Below are positions 10,758-22,794 of a DNA stretch of 64,000 bases, piece after piece. The position numbers and the translations under genes are program-made. Position 1 is the stretch's first letter. Every line of letters starts with the position of its first letter. The notes under the pieces were generated by a model. It saw only the letters and a program-made list of their open reading frames with translations, had not been told where the DNA came from and did no database searches. Origin of the DNA: Octopus sinensis (taxonomy: Eukaryota); the NCBI RefSeq assembly GCF_006345805.1, contig NC_043002.1, positions 6,014,001-6,078,000 on the forward strand, written 5' to 3'.

Positions 10758-12194
10758 TTGGGTCATCCCATAAATAATGAGGTTTTTTTTTATACTTCTA
10801 TCATTTTTCAAAATTCAGATAAACAAAGTCCTTTTTTAATCTAAAATGTACGCTCTTTCATTTTCTGCAATGCTCTTCCATCTATCTCTTAGACTTGCAA
10901 GGCTTCTCTTCCAAAATTTACTTGACTGTGACGAAAAATACTCCTCCCGTACTGTTCTGACCACGTCTATATGTTTCCGTCCAAATGATTTTGAAGACTG
11001 CGGAATAAATGATAATCAGATGGGGCAATGTCCGGCGAATGTGGTGAGTGGGGCGCAGTTTCCCATTCAAACTGCTCCAGTTTTTGGAATGCCACCCTTG
11101 CTGTATGTGGCCGAGCATTATCCTGTTGGAAAAGCACCTTTTGTCTTAGTTAGTTAGTTAATTGTTTGGCTCAAAAAGCAAAAAGCAAGGCCATGTAGGG
11201 GGACATGAAGTTATGTACAGGGTGGTGTTCATGTAAAGAGTTCAGGCCACTTGAGGTCAAGGGAGACTTTGAACCGAGCGGTCGTCGGCATCTTCACCAT
11301 CTCGTCTGGCAGCTTATTCCACGGATCCGCAACCCGGACGGAGAAAGCCTCTCTCCTTCGATTGAGATGAAATCGTCGCAGATAGAGCTTTTCGGAATGA
11401 CCCCGCAGCCGACGCTCCATAGCAGGAGTGAAGAACAGCTCTTTCGAGAGGTTACACTTTCCGCTTATGATGTTGTGAGCAAGAATGAGATCTCCACGGC
11501 GTCGTCGTTTTTCTAGAGAATAAAGGTCGAGCGTCTTTAGCCTTTCTTCATAAGACAAATGCTTGAGACCAAGAACCATGCGGGTAGCCAGCTTCTGGAC
11601 TCTTTCGAGATGCTGTATGTCTTTGAGGAGATAAGGAGAAGATGCTTGAATCCCGTACTCCAATATGGGTCTCTTGAAACCAAGGGTGGTCGTTTTCCTT
11701 GTAGCGCTGACTTGAATCACTGGTTGAATGGCCAAATCCAAGCTTCTCAGTTAGTTCTTCAACAGTCACGATGGGATTTTGCTCCACCAAGGTTTGAAGG
11801 ACAGCCGCGTCAAGCTCCACAGATCTTCCAGGAGCAGGATCCTTTTCTAGGCTATAGTTTCCGGAATTTGTGGAACCACTTTTGACATTGGCTTACGCTT
11901 ATTGATCGCTCCCTATATTGCATTATTATCCCACGTTCTTTCCGTTGGGTTTTTGCCTTTATTAGACTCATAAAGCAAGATATGCCAAATATGCTCCTTT
12001 GTCACTTCCATTATTGGTTTGAAAAATAACTCTTAAAATCGAAGGGCACTGTTCAAAATGTGCATTAAGAAAAAGGACAAAGTAAAATGACTAACTGCTT
12101 TTATAGCAAGTTGATGCAGGAAGTTTATCCCCTCCCCATCTGACTTTTAGTTCATGCAATTGAAAAAAACCGCATTATTTATGGGATGACCCAA
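10758..12194 (-). mobile_element. mariner element with both TIRs, decayed, interrupted by a CR1-like LINE
   Basis: About 32-bp TIRs TTGGGTCATCCCATAAATAATG(A/C)GGTTTTTTT with flanking TA; N-terminal EHIWHILLYE...VELDAAVLQTLVEQNPIVTVEEL at 11690-12010; C-terminal QDNARPH...PPYSPDIAPSDYHLFRSLQN-like segment at 10860-11140. Confidence 0.85.
11146..11673 (-). mobile_element. CR1-like LINE family 1, 5'-truncated
   Basis: ORF 11229-11741 ends RPILEYG...LERVQKLATR...LYSLEKRRRRGDLI...FSVRVADPWNKLP; (TAAC)n tail; homologous to 51713-52245. Confidence 0.92.
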
Positions 12195-12224
12195 TATACA
12201 TATATCTATACACGTACATATATC

Positions 12225-12309
<85 letters not shown>

Positions 12310-12369
12310 ATATATATAATATATATATATACACACACAGACACAGACACAGACGCACACACACACATA

Positions 12370-12600
12370 CAGGGTGTGGTGAATAAATTGTCATCTAAAT
12401 TACGCAAAAATGAAAATAACACTGACATCTCATTTTAACAAACATATTTACCAAAATTGCATAAAAATATCTTCAAATGCTAAAGAGTAAATTTGTTTAA
12501 TTGAAACGCCGTTGGCTTCATTCACGGCCTCCAGATGACTTCGGAATCTCCTGCAAATCTTGTGGAAGGTCTCCTTGTTGAAGTTGGTCAATGCTGGTGC
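12370..12600 (-). mobile_element. Tc1/mariner-superfamily (maT/DD37D-like) 3' end with TIR
   Basis: TA+CAGGGTG terminus; minus strand reads NKETFHKICRRFRSHLEAVNEANG, like the CRRFRxRLEAVIEAxG C-terminus. Confidence 0.65.
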
Positions 12601-12610
12601 TGTGAACATT

Positions 12611-12792
12611 ATCGACCGCACATACTCAATGAGTGTGGTTTGTTCGTTCGCCTGTTTGCTGGGGTATAGCGGCTAGGAGATGACACTCACATTATACTGG
12701 GTGTTGAAATACCCTGAAGGTCATAGAGACCCCCGCCACCAGACGCTATACGCAGGGAATAAGCGAACCAACAAAACAATGTGTGCGATCGA
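12611..12792. repeat. Degenerate inverted repeat (~60-bp arms)
   Basis: TCGACCGCACA..TTGTTCGTTCGC..GTATAGCG pairs with CGCTATAC..GCGAACCAACAA..TGTGCGATCGA. Confidence 0.6.
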
Positions 12793-12824
12793 CGATTGGT
12801 GAATAAGGAATTTTAATTTTAATT

Positions 12825-12867
12825 TGCATTTTAATTTAGACCCGGGTTGGGTCTAAATTAAAATGCA
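12825..12867. repeat. Perfect 19-bp hairpin
   Basis: TGCATTTTAATTTAGACCC-GGGTT-GGGTCTAAATTAAAATGCA. Confidence 0.9.
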
Positions 12868-13088
12868 TACACAGCAATTATAGACAAATACAAACATTGG
12901 TACCGAAGTCCTGGCAGAAAGATATTCAGCTTATGTATACAATTCACAAATGCAACTGAGTATATCATCAATCTTGGGCTAATATAGAAACGCACATTAT
13001 ATTAAATATACGGTCGCAATATACTTCGGAATACGCAAGGGACAGGTTTTTGAGAGAGGTGGATCATAAATAAATAAATAAGAAATGA

Positions 13089-13202
13089 TGGATAGGTGTC
13101 ACTTCATTACAACTGTTTCCAAATATTTTTAATGATATAATGTACGTATGAATCAATTAAAAATTCATTGGAAAAAACCTGTAGTGAATTGACACCTATC
13201 CA
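13089..13202. mobile_element. Small palindromic MITE-like element
   Basis: 13-bp perfect ends TGGATAGGTGTCA / TGACACCTATCCA, extending imperfectly to ~33 bp. Confidence 0.55.
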
Positions 13203-13205
13203 CCG

Positions 13206-13252
<47 letters not shown>

Positions 13253-14509
13253 TGCATGTATGTTTTCCTAGTGTGTACAGTGATTGTGCCTTTGTGCCAC
13301 AGTATATTTAAAGGGTGGTTATTGCTTCAAGTTGACAACTGCGTATTCGTTATATAGAAACAAAAGTGTCGAGATCAAAATCAGATCATGTTACACACAA
13401 CGATTGATGAGAAGAGTGTGTGTCAGAGTGAGCTGCATCTGCTCACATCGCAAAGGTGCGATTCGAGAGGAATTTTTCGAATGAAGAGGAGAGGTAGAAG
13501 GTGGACCTTTTTCTAGGAGATGCGCGAGGTAGAATTCGTCTGCAACCATTTTATGAAACTTTTTCATGGCAAGACCCCGAGGTCGTGTATATCTTACTGT
13601 ATGAATGTCATACAGCTCCTCATTAAGTCGGAAGAGAGAGAAAAGATGCTGGAGAAGATGTTTTTAATGGTTTCTTTACTTATGAGTTCATATTTAATCG
13701 CTTCTCCATCATCTCTGGCTTAGTGAGTTGCTTTTTGGGTGTAACGTGACACTGTCTGACGAGGACTAGGGCTCTGAGGCGCATTTTCTGAGTCACGTAT
13801 ATGTGGTAGTGTGCTTGGGTGAGGTAAAGAAAGTTTTGGAGAAGATTTACGCAGAGTGTAAGATATAAAACAGATCGGAAAGATTCGGCATAGTAGAGTT
13901 CCTTTCGATAAGGGTCCAAACGAATCGAATGAAGAAAGGAAGAGAACCTGCGGGCTGTACGACGTATACAAGCAGCCTTCGGTTCTCTGATGATGGTTTT
14001 GCAAGAATTGCGGTGATGGGCAATAATTATCCAGTTTGTAAGGGTATCTTTTTTAATGAAGCTATGAATAAACCACTCGGGTGAATTGAGACCGTGAGTT
14101 TTGGTTGAGTGTGAGATGTGTGTGTGGGGTGTGTGTGGATATTATATCAGATCAACTGCTGGGCTGTTTTTGACTGATCTGAAGTGAAGAATTTGTGGTT
14201 AGTATAGAACTGCCCAAATTCCAACCAGTCGACTAACTTGAAGAACCATAGGGGCGACCCATTGCATAACATGAGGATATACTGTGGTAGTCGCGATACG
14301 GTAGCGGTGAGGCAATTTCTTATATATACAGAGTGTGTACCTGATGTCACACAAACCTAGCCTTCATAAGAAGACTGCTCTCAATCAATATGTATATATC
14401 ACGTGATCATCCAAACCATCAGATGTTGCTACACATCGCTGGTCATAATGCGCTTCACATTGTTTTAGCCTTCAATGACGCCACCCCACTGGCTAAGCGA
14501 GCAGGCCTA

Positions 14510-14707
14510 CAAAAGAAAGTGAGAGAAAGTTGTGGTGAAAGAGTGGTGAAAGAGTACAGTAGGAATCGCCCCCCCCCTTGCCGGAGCCTCGTAGAGTTTT
14601 TTAAGTCTTTTCGCTCAATAAACACTCACAACGCCCGGTCTTGGAATCGAAATCGTGACCCTACGACTGCGAGTCCGCTGCCCTAACCACTAGGCCATTG
14701 CGCCTCC
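14510..14707 (-). mobile_element. tRNA-derived SINE family S3, 5' part
   Basis: Reverse complement of the 5' half of 45297-45682. Confidence 0.85.
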
Positions 14708-14709
14708 AC

Positions 14710-14814
<105 letters not shown>

Positions 14815-15852
14815 TGTGTGTGTGTGTGTATTCATTGGCACCCACGTACAAGTACATTATAATAAAACACAAATCATTTTATGTTGTTGTTTGAAATATC
14901 TATACCAATGTTATCATACTATTTGTAAATATGTACTTGTTACTAAGACTTGCTATATTTTCTATTTATTTTGCCAGCATTTCCATGTCTCAATAATATG
15001 TACCAGAATTTTTTGCTATTATCACATATGTACTTTTTGTTTTATGACTCTCTTGTTCTCCGATTTAATGTTAACAGAATAGTCTGTCGACGCATTTCAT
15101 AATAATCTTCGTCTCTTTTTTTTTTTTATTAAAAGGACTTGGTCTGGCTAAGAAAATCTGTGCAGTCCTGTCCAGTGCATGATTTCTTTTACTGATACCG
15201 CTTTACAAAGCAAAATTGCTTGATCTGCTCTGTAAAAAGGTGGAGATGTGATCTTGAAGACGGATTCATCTGACATCTCAGTCTAGTCTGAACGCGAAAT
15301 GCCAGCAAGAACCGGTAGAATTTCAGACAAAAGTAGTTTATAGCTCGTTTTTGGATTTGGTTTGCAAGATTCTTTATATGAGTTCGTGTGTTAAAGCATA
15401 TTCTATTGTGTCTGGGGAGAGTAATTTTCTTTTTGTGCCTTATTATATAACACACTCACCAGTAAAATTCCCACGTTTTTCTTAGTTTCATTGTCCTAAA
15501 ATTTTCGTTGCATCTTGCAACCTTTTCAATACTTTTGACTAGTTTTCAATAGTAGTTTATAGCGTTTCGTGTTTTTTCTCGCGCAACACAGTCCGGCTCA
15601 AATTTGTCTGTCATCCTTTGATCCGTAACTTATGCATTGATCAAGTATCCGTTCAGTATAAGTCGACTATAACTTTCCTTTAAAAGTTGTCGCTTTCTGG
15701 ATTTGGAGTTTATTTTATCACTTACGTACAGATGACAGAGGTATCGACCTCTGTAGGGTTTGAACACGAAACGTAAAGGGAACATGACGAAATATGGTAA
15801 CTCAAATTGTCCATTACTCTACTCATTCTGCAACCCTTCACATTTTCTCATA

Positions 15853-15895
15853 GACGATGATGATGATGATGATGATGATAATAATAATAATAATA

Positions 15896-15944
<49 letters not shown>

Positions 15945-15951
15945 AATGATG

Positions 15952-15986
<35 letters not shown>

Positions 15987-16067
15987 TAATAATAATATAA
16001 TAATAATAATAATAATATAATAATATAATAATAATAATAATATAATAATGATAATGATAATATAATA

Positions 16068-16106
<39 letters not shown>

Positions 16107-16215
16107 TAATAATAATTTTAAAAAATGATAACAATAGTAATTACTACTACTATTCCTACAACTACTACTACTACAACTACTACTACTACTACTCCCACTA
16201 CTCCCACTACTACTA

Positions 16216-16265
<50 letters not shown>

Positions 16266-16280
16266 GCTACTACTACTACT
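15853..16280. repeat. Compound (GAT)n/(AAT)n/(ACT)n trinucleotide array
   Basis: Directly visible. Confidence 0.95.
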
Positions 16281-17090
16281 GTCGTTTTTATCTCGAGTTC
16301 ATTCCTCACCACCATTTGTAGACTAGTCTGTGAACATACTTCTAGATGTATTCGTATATATATATATACACTTACATATATACTTCTATACATATACATG
16401 CATCTATATATATATATATATGTACACACAGATATATATATATACACAACATATATATATATATATATATAAGCATACATACATACATACATATACACAT
16501 ACATACGTATGTATATAGCATGTGGGAGAGAAGAGAGAGAGAGAAAGATTTCCTAGATAGTCTTGGTTGCTCATGCGTCCGATCTAGCACATGTTCGTCA
16601 TATCGTCACATGTGATAGAGTGGCTTTTAATGTGTTTTTGCTAGGGTTTTGGCAGTGGCGGCAGAGGTGGAGATGGTAGTGGTGCTAGTGTTAGAAGCAG
16701 TGGTAGATTTAGTGTTTGTGGTTGTAGTGATGATGGGAGGGATTTTTAGGTTCCTGAAAAAATGTCACCTTGCACATATTTACCAGCTTATTGAATCGCT
16801 AGTATTGTTGAAAATATGCTCCGAACACCCATTAAAACAAAAGCAGAACAAACCAATAAAGAAATGAATAAACAAACAATTAAATAAAAAAATAATGCGA
16901 AATTTGCAACACCCAAACAAGAAAAAAAAGTAAACAAAAAACCGCAAACAATAAACATTCACATACCATGATAATCTCGTATACTCTTATCGTCGTCAGC
17001 TATTACCATCATCTTCATCATCATCGTCATCCTCACCACCACCACCACTACCACCGTTATAAACAAGTTGTTAATAGTTATGACTATTTA

Positions 17091-17727
17091 AATTTCTAGG
17101 CACAAGGCCGGTACACTGTGGGGACGGGAGTTAGTCGATTAGAACGACTCTAGTTTTTCTTTAGTATTTTATTTCATTTTACCGTCCCGGAAATGATGAA
17201 AACCAAAGTTGATCTCGGCGGAATTTGAAGAACCGGAGCAAATGCTGCAGGACGGGATATTTTCTTTTCCAACGCTGAAACGATTCTGCCATGTTTATAA
17301 CAATGAGTTCTAATTTAGGCACAAGACCAGCAATATTGATGCGTTTAATAGATACCATTGATCGGTACTTCATCGGTACTCTATTTTTGATGTCTCCGGA
17401 GATATAAAACCTTCGCCCGGGCAGGAATTGAACTTAGAATGTAAAGATTTGAGAGAAATACTGCAAAGAATTTTATCCAAGCGTCTGTTAATTCCTTGTC
17501 CTCGCCATAAATAGTGGCTTCAAAATTTGGTATGAGGCCAGCAATTTCTGGGAGAGGATAGGTCGATTACATGAACCCCAGTACCAACTGGTACTTATTT
17601 AATCAACCCAGAAGGGATAAAAGGCAAAGCCGACCTTGGCGGAATTTAAATTCAGAATGTAAGGACGGGAAAAATGCGGCTAAGAATTTTGCCTGGTGTG
17701 TTAACGATTCTGCTAGTTCGCCACCTT
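17091..17727 (-). mobile_element. Three consecutive old S2-related SINE copies
   Basis: Repeated GGCACAAGGCCAGCAAT...CGACCCC..AGGATGAAAGGCAAAGT-like cores starting at ~17091, ~17308 and ~17519. Confidence 0.7.
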
Positions 17728-18082
17728 ATCGCTGGTAGTAATAACAAAAATCGTTTGCTGCTGTTGCTGTTACTGCTGCTGCTGCTGCTACTACTACTAC
17801 TAACTACTACTACTACTACTACTACTACTAATAATAATAATAATAATAATAAGAATAATTTAGGTCAAGGACATCAATTTTGAGAATGGATCAGTTAATA
17901 TCGTCGACCCCGGAGAGATGAAAAGGTAAAATTGAGGTAAAATATTGTTTGTGTTGCATGTCTCGTTCTCTGTTTGTTTTTTCGCTGTTCGAAAAAAAGT
18001 TTGTTTTCGATGTTTTTGTTTTTATGTTTTCGTTTCTCATTGTGTTCAATGTTTTTTTTTTGATGTCCTGTACCCATATATA

Positions 18083-18314
18083 TATTTCTTTATTGCCCAC
18101 AAGGGGCTAAACATAGAGAGGACAAACAAGGACAGACAAAGGGATTAAGTCGATTACATCGACCCCAGAATGAAACTGGTACTTTTATTTATCGACCCCG
18201 AAAGGATGAAAGGCAAAGTCGACCTCGGCGGAATTTGAACTCAGAACGTAACGACAGACGAAATACCGCTTAGCATTCCGCCCGGCGCGCTAATGTGTCT
18301 GCCAGCTCGCCGCC
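18083..18314 (-). mobile_element. tRNA-derived SINE family S2, young copy
   Basis: Head GGCGGCGAGCTGGCAGA, B-box-like GAGTTCAAATTCC, core GACTTTGCCTTTCATCCTTTCGGGGTCG, tail AATAAAGAAATA. Confidence 0.9.
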
Positions 18315-18416
18315 TTTTATATATGCATGTATATATATATGCATGTATATATACATATATATGTAGGTATGTACATATTTGCATATATGTATAAATATAT
18401 GTATATATATATATAT

Positions 18417-19735
18417 AGGGAGAATTCGCAAAAAACAAAAGACGTAGACAGGTAGTGTAGACAACAAACAGATGTATTAGTATAACGCTCGGGAAGTGAA
18501 AAAGTCTTTTACGTTTCGAGCCTGCGCTCTCCAACAGAAAGGAACACAGAAAGAAACAAGGAGAGAAAATAAAGAATGTGTAGTGGCTAGCCATCTATCA
18601 TGGCGAATGCCGGACAGAAAGATCACACAGGAGAGCTAGGAAGTAGGGGAGATAATAAAGTAGTGGTGATCCCCAAAACGAAGGGTATCACTTTATACAC
18701 CTGCTCGTGATTGTGTATAAGAGAGCATGTATGTGCGTGTGGAAGAGGGCTGGTGTCCTTGACGTGTGCGTGTGTGTATGTGTAGGTGTTTGAATGATGG
18801 TGTGGGGCTGGGAAGTGGTCAGTGCTAGTGTGTGCGTGGTGGTGTGATGTGATGTGGTGTTGTGTGGTATGTTGATGTATGCTGTGGTGGTGTGGTGGTG
18901 TTGGGATGTGATGGAGCTGAGAGTGAAGAAAGCAAGTGTGGAGTGTGGGTTAGACTGAGAGTGGTGGTAGAGGTGGGGTATATGGGTTAGGCTGCGGCGG
19001 GGGTGTAGGTGTAAGGGATGGGTGGGATGGATAGGGAAGGTGGATTGGATTGTGTAGGGGTGAGGTTAGGAGGGATGGTTGACGATGAAGGGAGAGGGGG
19101 AAGGGAGAAGGTGGGTAGGAGGTAAGAGAAAAGAGAAGGAGAGTAGGAGTGAAGAAAAGAAGTAGGAGTCGGAGCAAGAGAGGAGAGGTGGGTGGGATGA
19201 AGTAGGTGTGAGAGGGAGAGAAGAGAGGGAAGGAGTGTTAGATGAAGAGGGCAGGAGAGTTGAGCCCATGTGGTACAAAAGAGCGAAGAGAGAAGATTAA
19301 TCTCTGTTCACGGCGAAACGGGAGACCGGATGGCCCCTGTGCAAGGACAATTCGAATACAGACAGGTGTTGCAAAGGGTGACCGGTAGAGCGGGTGACCG
19401 GAGACCGGGTGACCGGAGACCGGGGTGTCATTGCCGAGTCGGATGTCTTGGAGGTGTTCCGCGAACCGGTCAGCCAAGCGGCGTCCCGTTTGCCATATGT
19501 ACAGAGAAGGGTAGAGAGAGCAGGAGATACAGTACATGACATTGGTAGAAGTGCAGGTGAAGGAGTCGGTGATGTGAGAGGGTCGATGATGAGTGGCGGT
19601 GAGTAGGGTGGTGTTGGAGAGGTAAGGACAAGTGCGGCAGCGTGGGCGGGAGCAGGTGAACAAGCCGGATTGGGAGGTTGGGTTAGGGAAGAAGCTGTGA
19701 ACCAAGAGGTCTCGGAGGTTGTGGGCTCGTAGGTT
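18417..19735 (-). mobile_element. Penelope-like element (Neptune-like), 5'-truncated: endonuclease, pyrimidine-rich UTR, terminal repeat
   Basis: GIY-YIG segment at 19238-19735, CT-rich tract at ~18830-19237, family A terminal repeat at 18417-18720 abutting (TA)n. Confidence 0.85.
19238..19735 (-). pseudogene. PLE GIY-YIG endonuclease with upstream Cys motif
   Basis: RAHNLRDLLVHS...CSRPRCRTC...FTCTSTNVMYCISC...LYIWQTGRRLADRFAEHL...REQRLIFSLRSFVPHGLN; the second catalytic motif is mutated to YIW; tandem 15-bp internal duplication. Confidence 0.85.
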
Positions 19736-19818
19736 GTATACACAAACACACACACACAGACACACACACACACACACAGACACACACACACACGTATATA
19801 TACATATATACATAGATA

Positions 19819-20459
19819 CGTGCTCTGATCAATAAGTATCCGGACTATTGGCATAGTTCTCTATACAATGAGATCAATGAGATCTTGTGTAACTGAAACC
19901 CGAGTGTCATTTTGGTCAGCTGAAAGAAGTTTTGGCACAAACTTGGCAGACGCGTCTCGTACCCAAATCTTCAGTGACAATGGACTGAACTGAATTGTAA
20001 CTAATCTACACATCCTGTGATAACTCACGGATGGTGATTCGACGATTTCCCCTCACAGTTGCTTGCACATCTGCGATGTTTTTCTCGTTTCTGCTTCTTG
20101 CGGTTCTCCCGGAACGTTCGTCACTATGGACATTTTTTCGGCCATCTTGGAAACGTCTGAGCCACTTGTACACCTGTGCGCGGCTCATACACTCCTCTCC
20201 ATACACTTTCTGTAACCCTGCGTAGGTCTCTTGGCAGGTATCGCCATGACAACTTTCTCTGTAATAGTCAATGCGACGATCACACGTTACACGCCTTCCT
20301 TCCAAGCACTGATGTAAACAGTAGAAGTGAGTTAGAACGTTAAAACTTATTGCGCATGCACAAAAGAGTTCAGGGTCAATCTTTGTCAAGCATCTTTACA
20401 CTGCGTGCTGTAGCTTCATTACTATCGCAACAGTCTGGATACTTATTGATCAGACCGCA
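19819..20459 (-). mobile_element. Internally deleted mariner with both TIRs
   Basis: About 28-bp TIRs containing CTGATCAATAAGTATCC(G/A)GACT, flanked by TA; N-terminal transposase VYGEECMSRAQVYKWLRRFQDGR...DERSGR...RRITIREL. Confidence 0.9.
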
Positions 20460-20479
20460 TATATACACATACATATGCA

Positions 20480-20594
<115 letters not shown>

Positions 20595-20750
20595 ATATAT
20601 ATATATAATATATATATATATAAATCTTTAGGTAAATATATTCAATAAGAATATTATATACTGAATATATATTGAGTGGTCCATTGTATAAAAATATTAA
20701 TACTATTAATGTATTATATATTTAATACAAGCGATATATACATATATTTT

Positions 20751-20882
20751 TTAGTAATATATTATTATTATTAATAAAGAAAATCAATATCCAAACTCAT
20801 CATAACGATATTCTTTCACACGGGTATATCGTTATGATGAGTTTGGATATTGGTGTTCTTTATTAATAATAATAATATATTA

Positions 20883-20886
<4 letters not shown>
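20751..20886. repeat. Near-perfect foldback, 61-bp arms, 14-nt loop
   Basis: ...CAATATCCAAACTCATCATAACGATAT-(14 nt)-ATATCGTTATGATGAGTTTGGATATTG... Confidence 0.85.
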
Positions 20887-20944
<58 letters not shown>

Positions 20945-20948
<4 letters not shown>

Positions 20949-21030
20949 CGGGAAGCTTTATGAAAATAAACAAAAGACGAAGGCAGGTGGAATATAAACA
21001 AACAATTGTATTAGTATGGCGCTCAGTATA
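20945..21030 (-). mobile_element. PLE terminal-repeat end (family A-related)
   Basis: AAACAAAAGACGAAGGCAGGTGG...ACAAAC..TGTATTAGT resembles 18420-18490; abuts (TA)n. Confidence 0.55.
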
Positions 21031-21079
21031 TATACATGAGGGGGTGCACAAATAAGTTACTAGTCAAGAAAGTTGACTA

Positions 21080-22760
21080 ACATCTTTAGGAAGAGATAAA
21101 TGATCAGCATTTACTATGGATTAATTACGAGCATGCTTTTGATGATATTTCCCACTGACGGATTATGAAAATAGTATTAGATTTGGATAAGGTAGAGTTA
21201 ATAAGAATTACATCACATATTCTATGTTTAAATAGAATATAATTAATTGTGATATTGAACAAAAAGAATTGTAAACGCGAAGCTAATGTCTATTTGAAGA
21301 TGGTCATTCTAAATGGGTCAGTGTCCTCAGAATGCTCGTCTTCTGTCTGGCGTTAATACGTTTCGTTCAACTGTTATACTGAAGACATGTGATAACAATC
21401 AACCATTTGCTCTATTTAGATGACTCCAAGCTGCCTACTGCGGTTGACTAACTGACAACTTTATTACAAAGAGTGGATTAATTTAGTAAGAGAATTGACA
21501 AGGAATTAGATTTATAGAACCGCACCAAGGTCACTTTACATTAAGTTAAATAAACAGAGAGATATGAGAATCAGAACAAAGCCAAGATTACTTATTTCTT
21601 TATTGCCCACAAGGGGCTAAACATAGAGGGGACAAACAAGGACAGACAAAGGGATTAAGTCGATTACATCGATCCCAGTGCGTAACTGGTACTTAATTTA
21701 TCGACCCGGAATGGATGAAAGGCAAAGTCGACCTCGGCGGAATTTGAACTCAGAACGTAATCGGAGGCAAAATACTGCTAAGTATTTCGCCCGTTGTGTT
21801 ACCGTTTCTGCCAGCTCGCCGCCTTTCCAAGTTTACAAACTAATGAACTAGGCATACACGTGACAATAAAGTTTAGAAGGAGATATTTACGATGTATTAA
21901 ATTAATACTTAACTGAGACAAACTATTTAAATATAGTAATAAATATCAATACTCTAGTTGTTATAGTTATCAGTTACAATTCTGATATTTTTTATGGAAA
22001 CCAAATGAATTTGCAGGACTAGATTAAAAGAACAACTCGAAACTGATCATTCCATTTAGGATCTGGTACATAGTCATAAAATATTTCCCACGTGTCCGAG
22101 GAAGAATCATCTGCAATTAGAAACTATAGAATCTTTACTAAAGGACTGAATGAAACTAATATATTTAGTTGTAAAACACAAAGGCAAACAAATATCTTTT
22201 TCAATTTTACGGGAACCAAGAAATATAAAACAGAGTTTGTGGGTAACAGACAGTTGTAGGAAAGATGAAGAAGCAGAAATAGAAAGTATTTAAAAACTAG
22301 AAATTCAATTAAAAACAGGATTATAAAATGTCATGCTAATACTCGTCAGGACTTGTCAATTTAGAAGGGATAAAGGAAAGAATGTTGCACTGACTAAGCA
22401 AGCCATGATATGAAGCTGAGTCTGAATGTTTCTGGTCATGGCAGAAGACCATGACCAACTTCTTTCCAGCAGACACTGTTTAAAAAACAAAAACAAAACA
22501 ACCCTCCCACACAAAATGAAAAAAACATAATGACGTAGAATGTAAAAAAATCTATGCAGGAAATGTGGACGCTGTGAAGAATCAACCAAGCGCAATTTTC
22601 TTTTAGCTCCCAAGTATGAGCCCAAACGGTCATGGTTTAGTTTGGGGTTTACTACACTAGAAATTACGCCACGATTATGGAAAGGGCTCAGAAAGCAGAT
22701 TATAGAAGAAGCGAGCAATAATAAAGTGATATAGTCTGGATTTGACGATAACGAAAACAG
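21080..22760 (+). mobile_element. Old R4/Dong-like (RLE-type) non-LTR retrotransposon relic
   Basis: WINYEHAFDDISH*RIM (21117), INHLLYLDDSKL (21398-21433), a WKPNEFAGLD segment, AESEC[F]LVMAED and a CRKCGRCEES zinc-knuckle segment occur in the order expected for R4/Dong ORFs; many stops and frameshifts. Confidence 0.7.
21593..21823 (-). mobile_element. SINE S2, nested in the R4-like relic
   Basis: Full head-to-tail match to 18083-18314. Confidence 0.9.
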
Positions 22761-22794
22761 GAAATTAACCATGCAATATTGTCGAAGACCGTCG

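Noticed and set aside
15729-15775. CAGATGA + 7-bp hairpin + GAAACGTA
   Set aside because: Core mismatch, 14 unpaired nt before GAAA, and no stem I.
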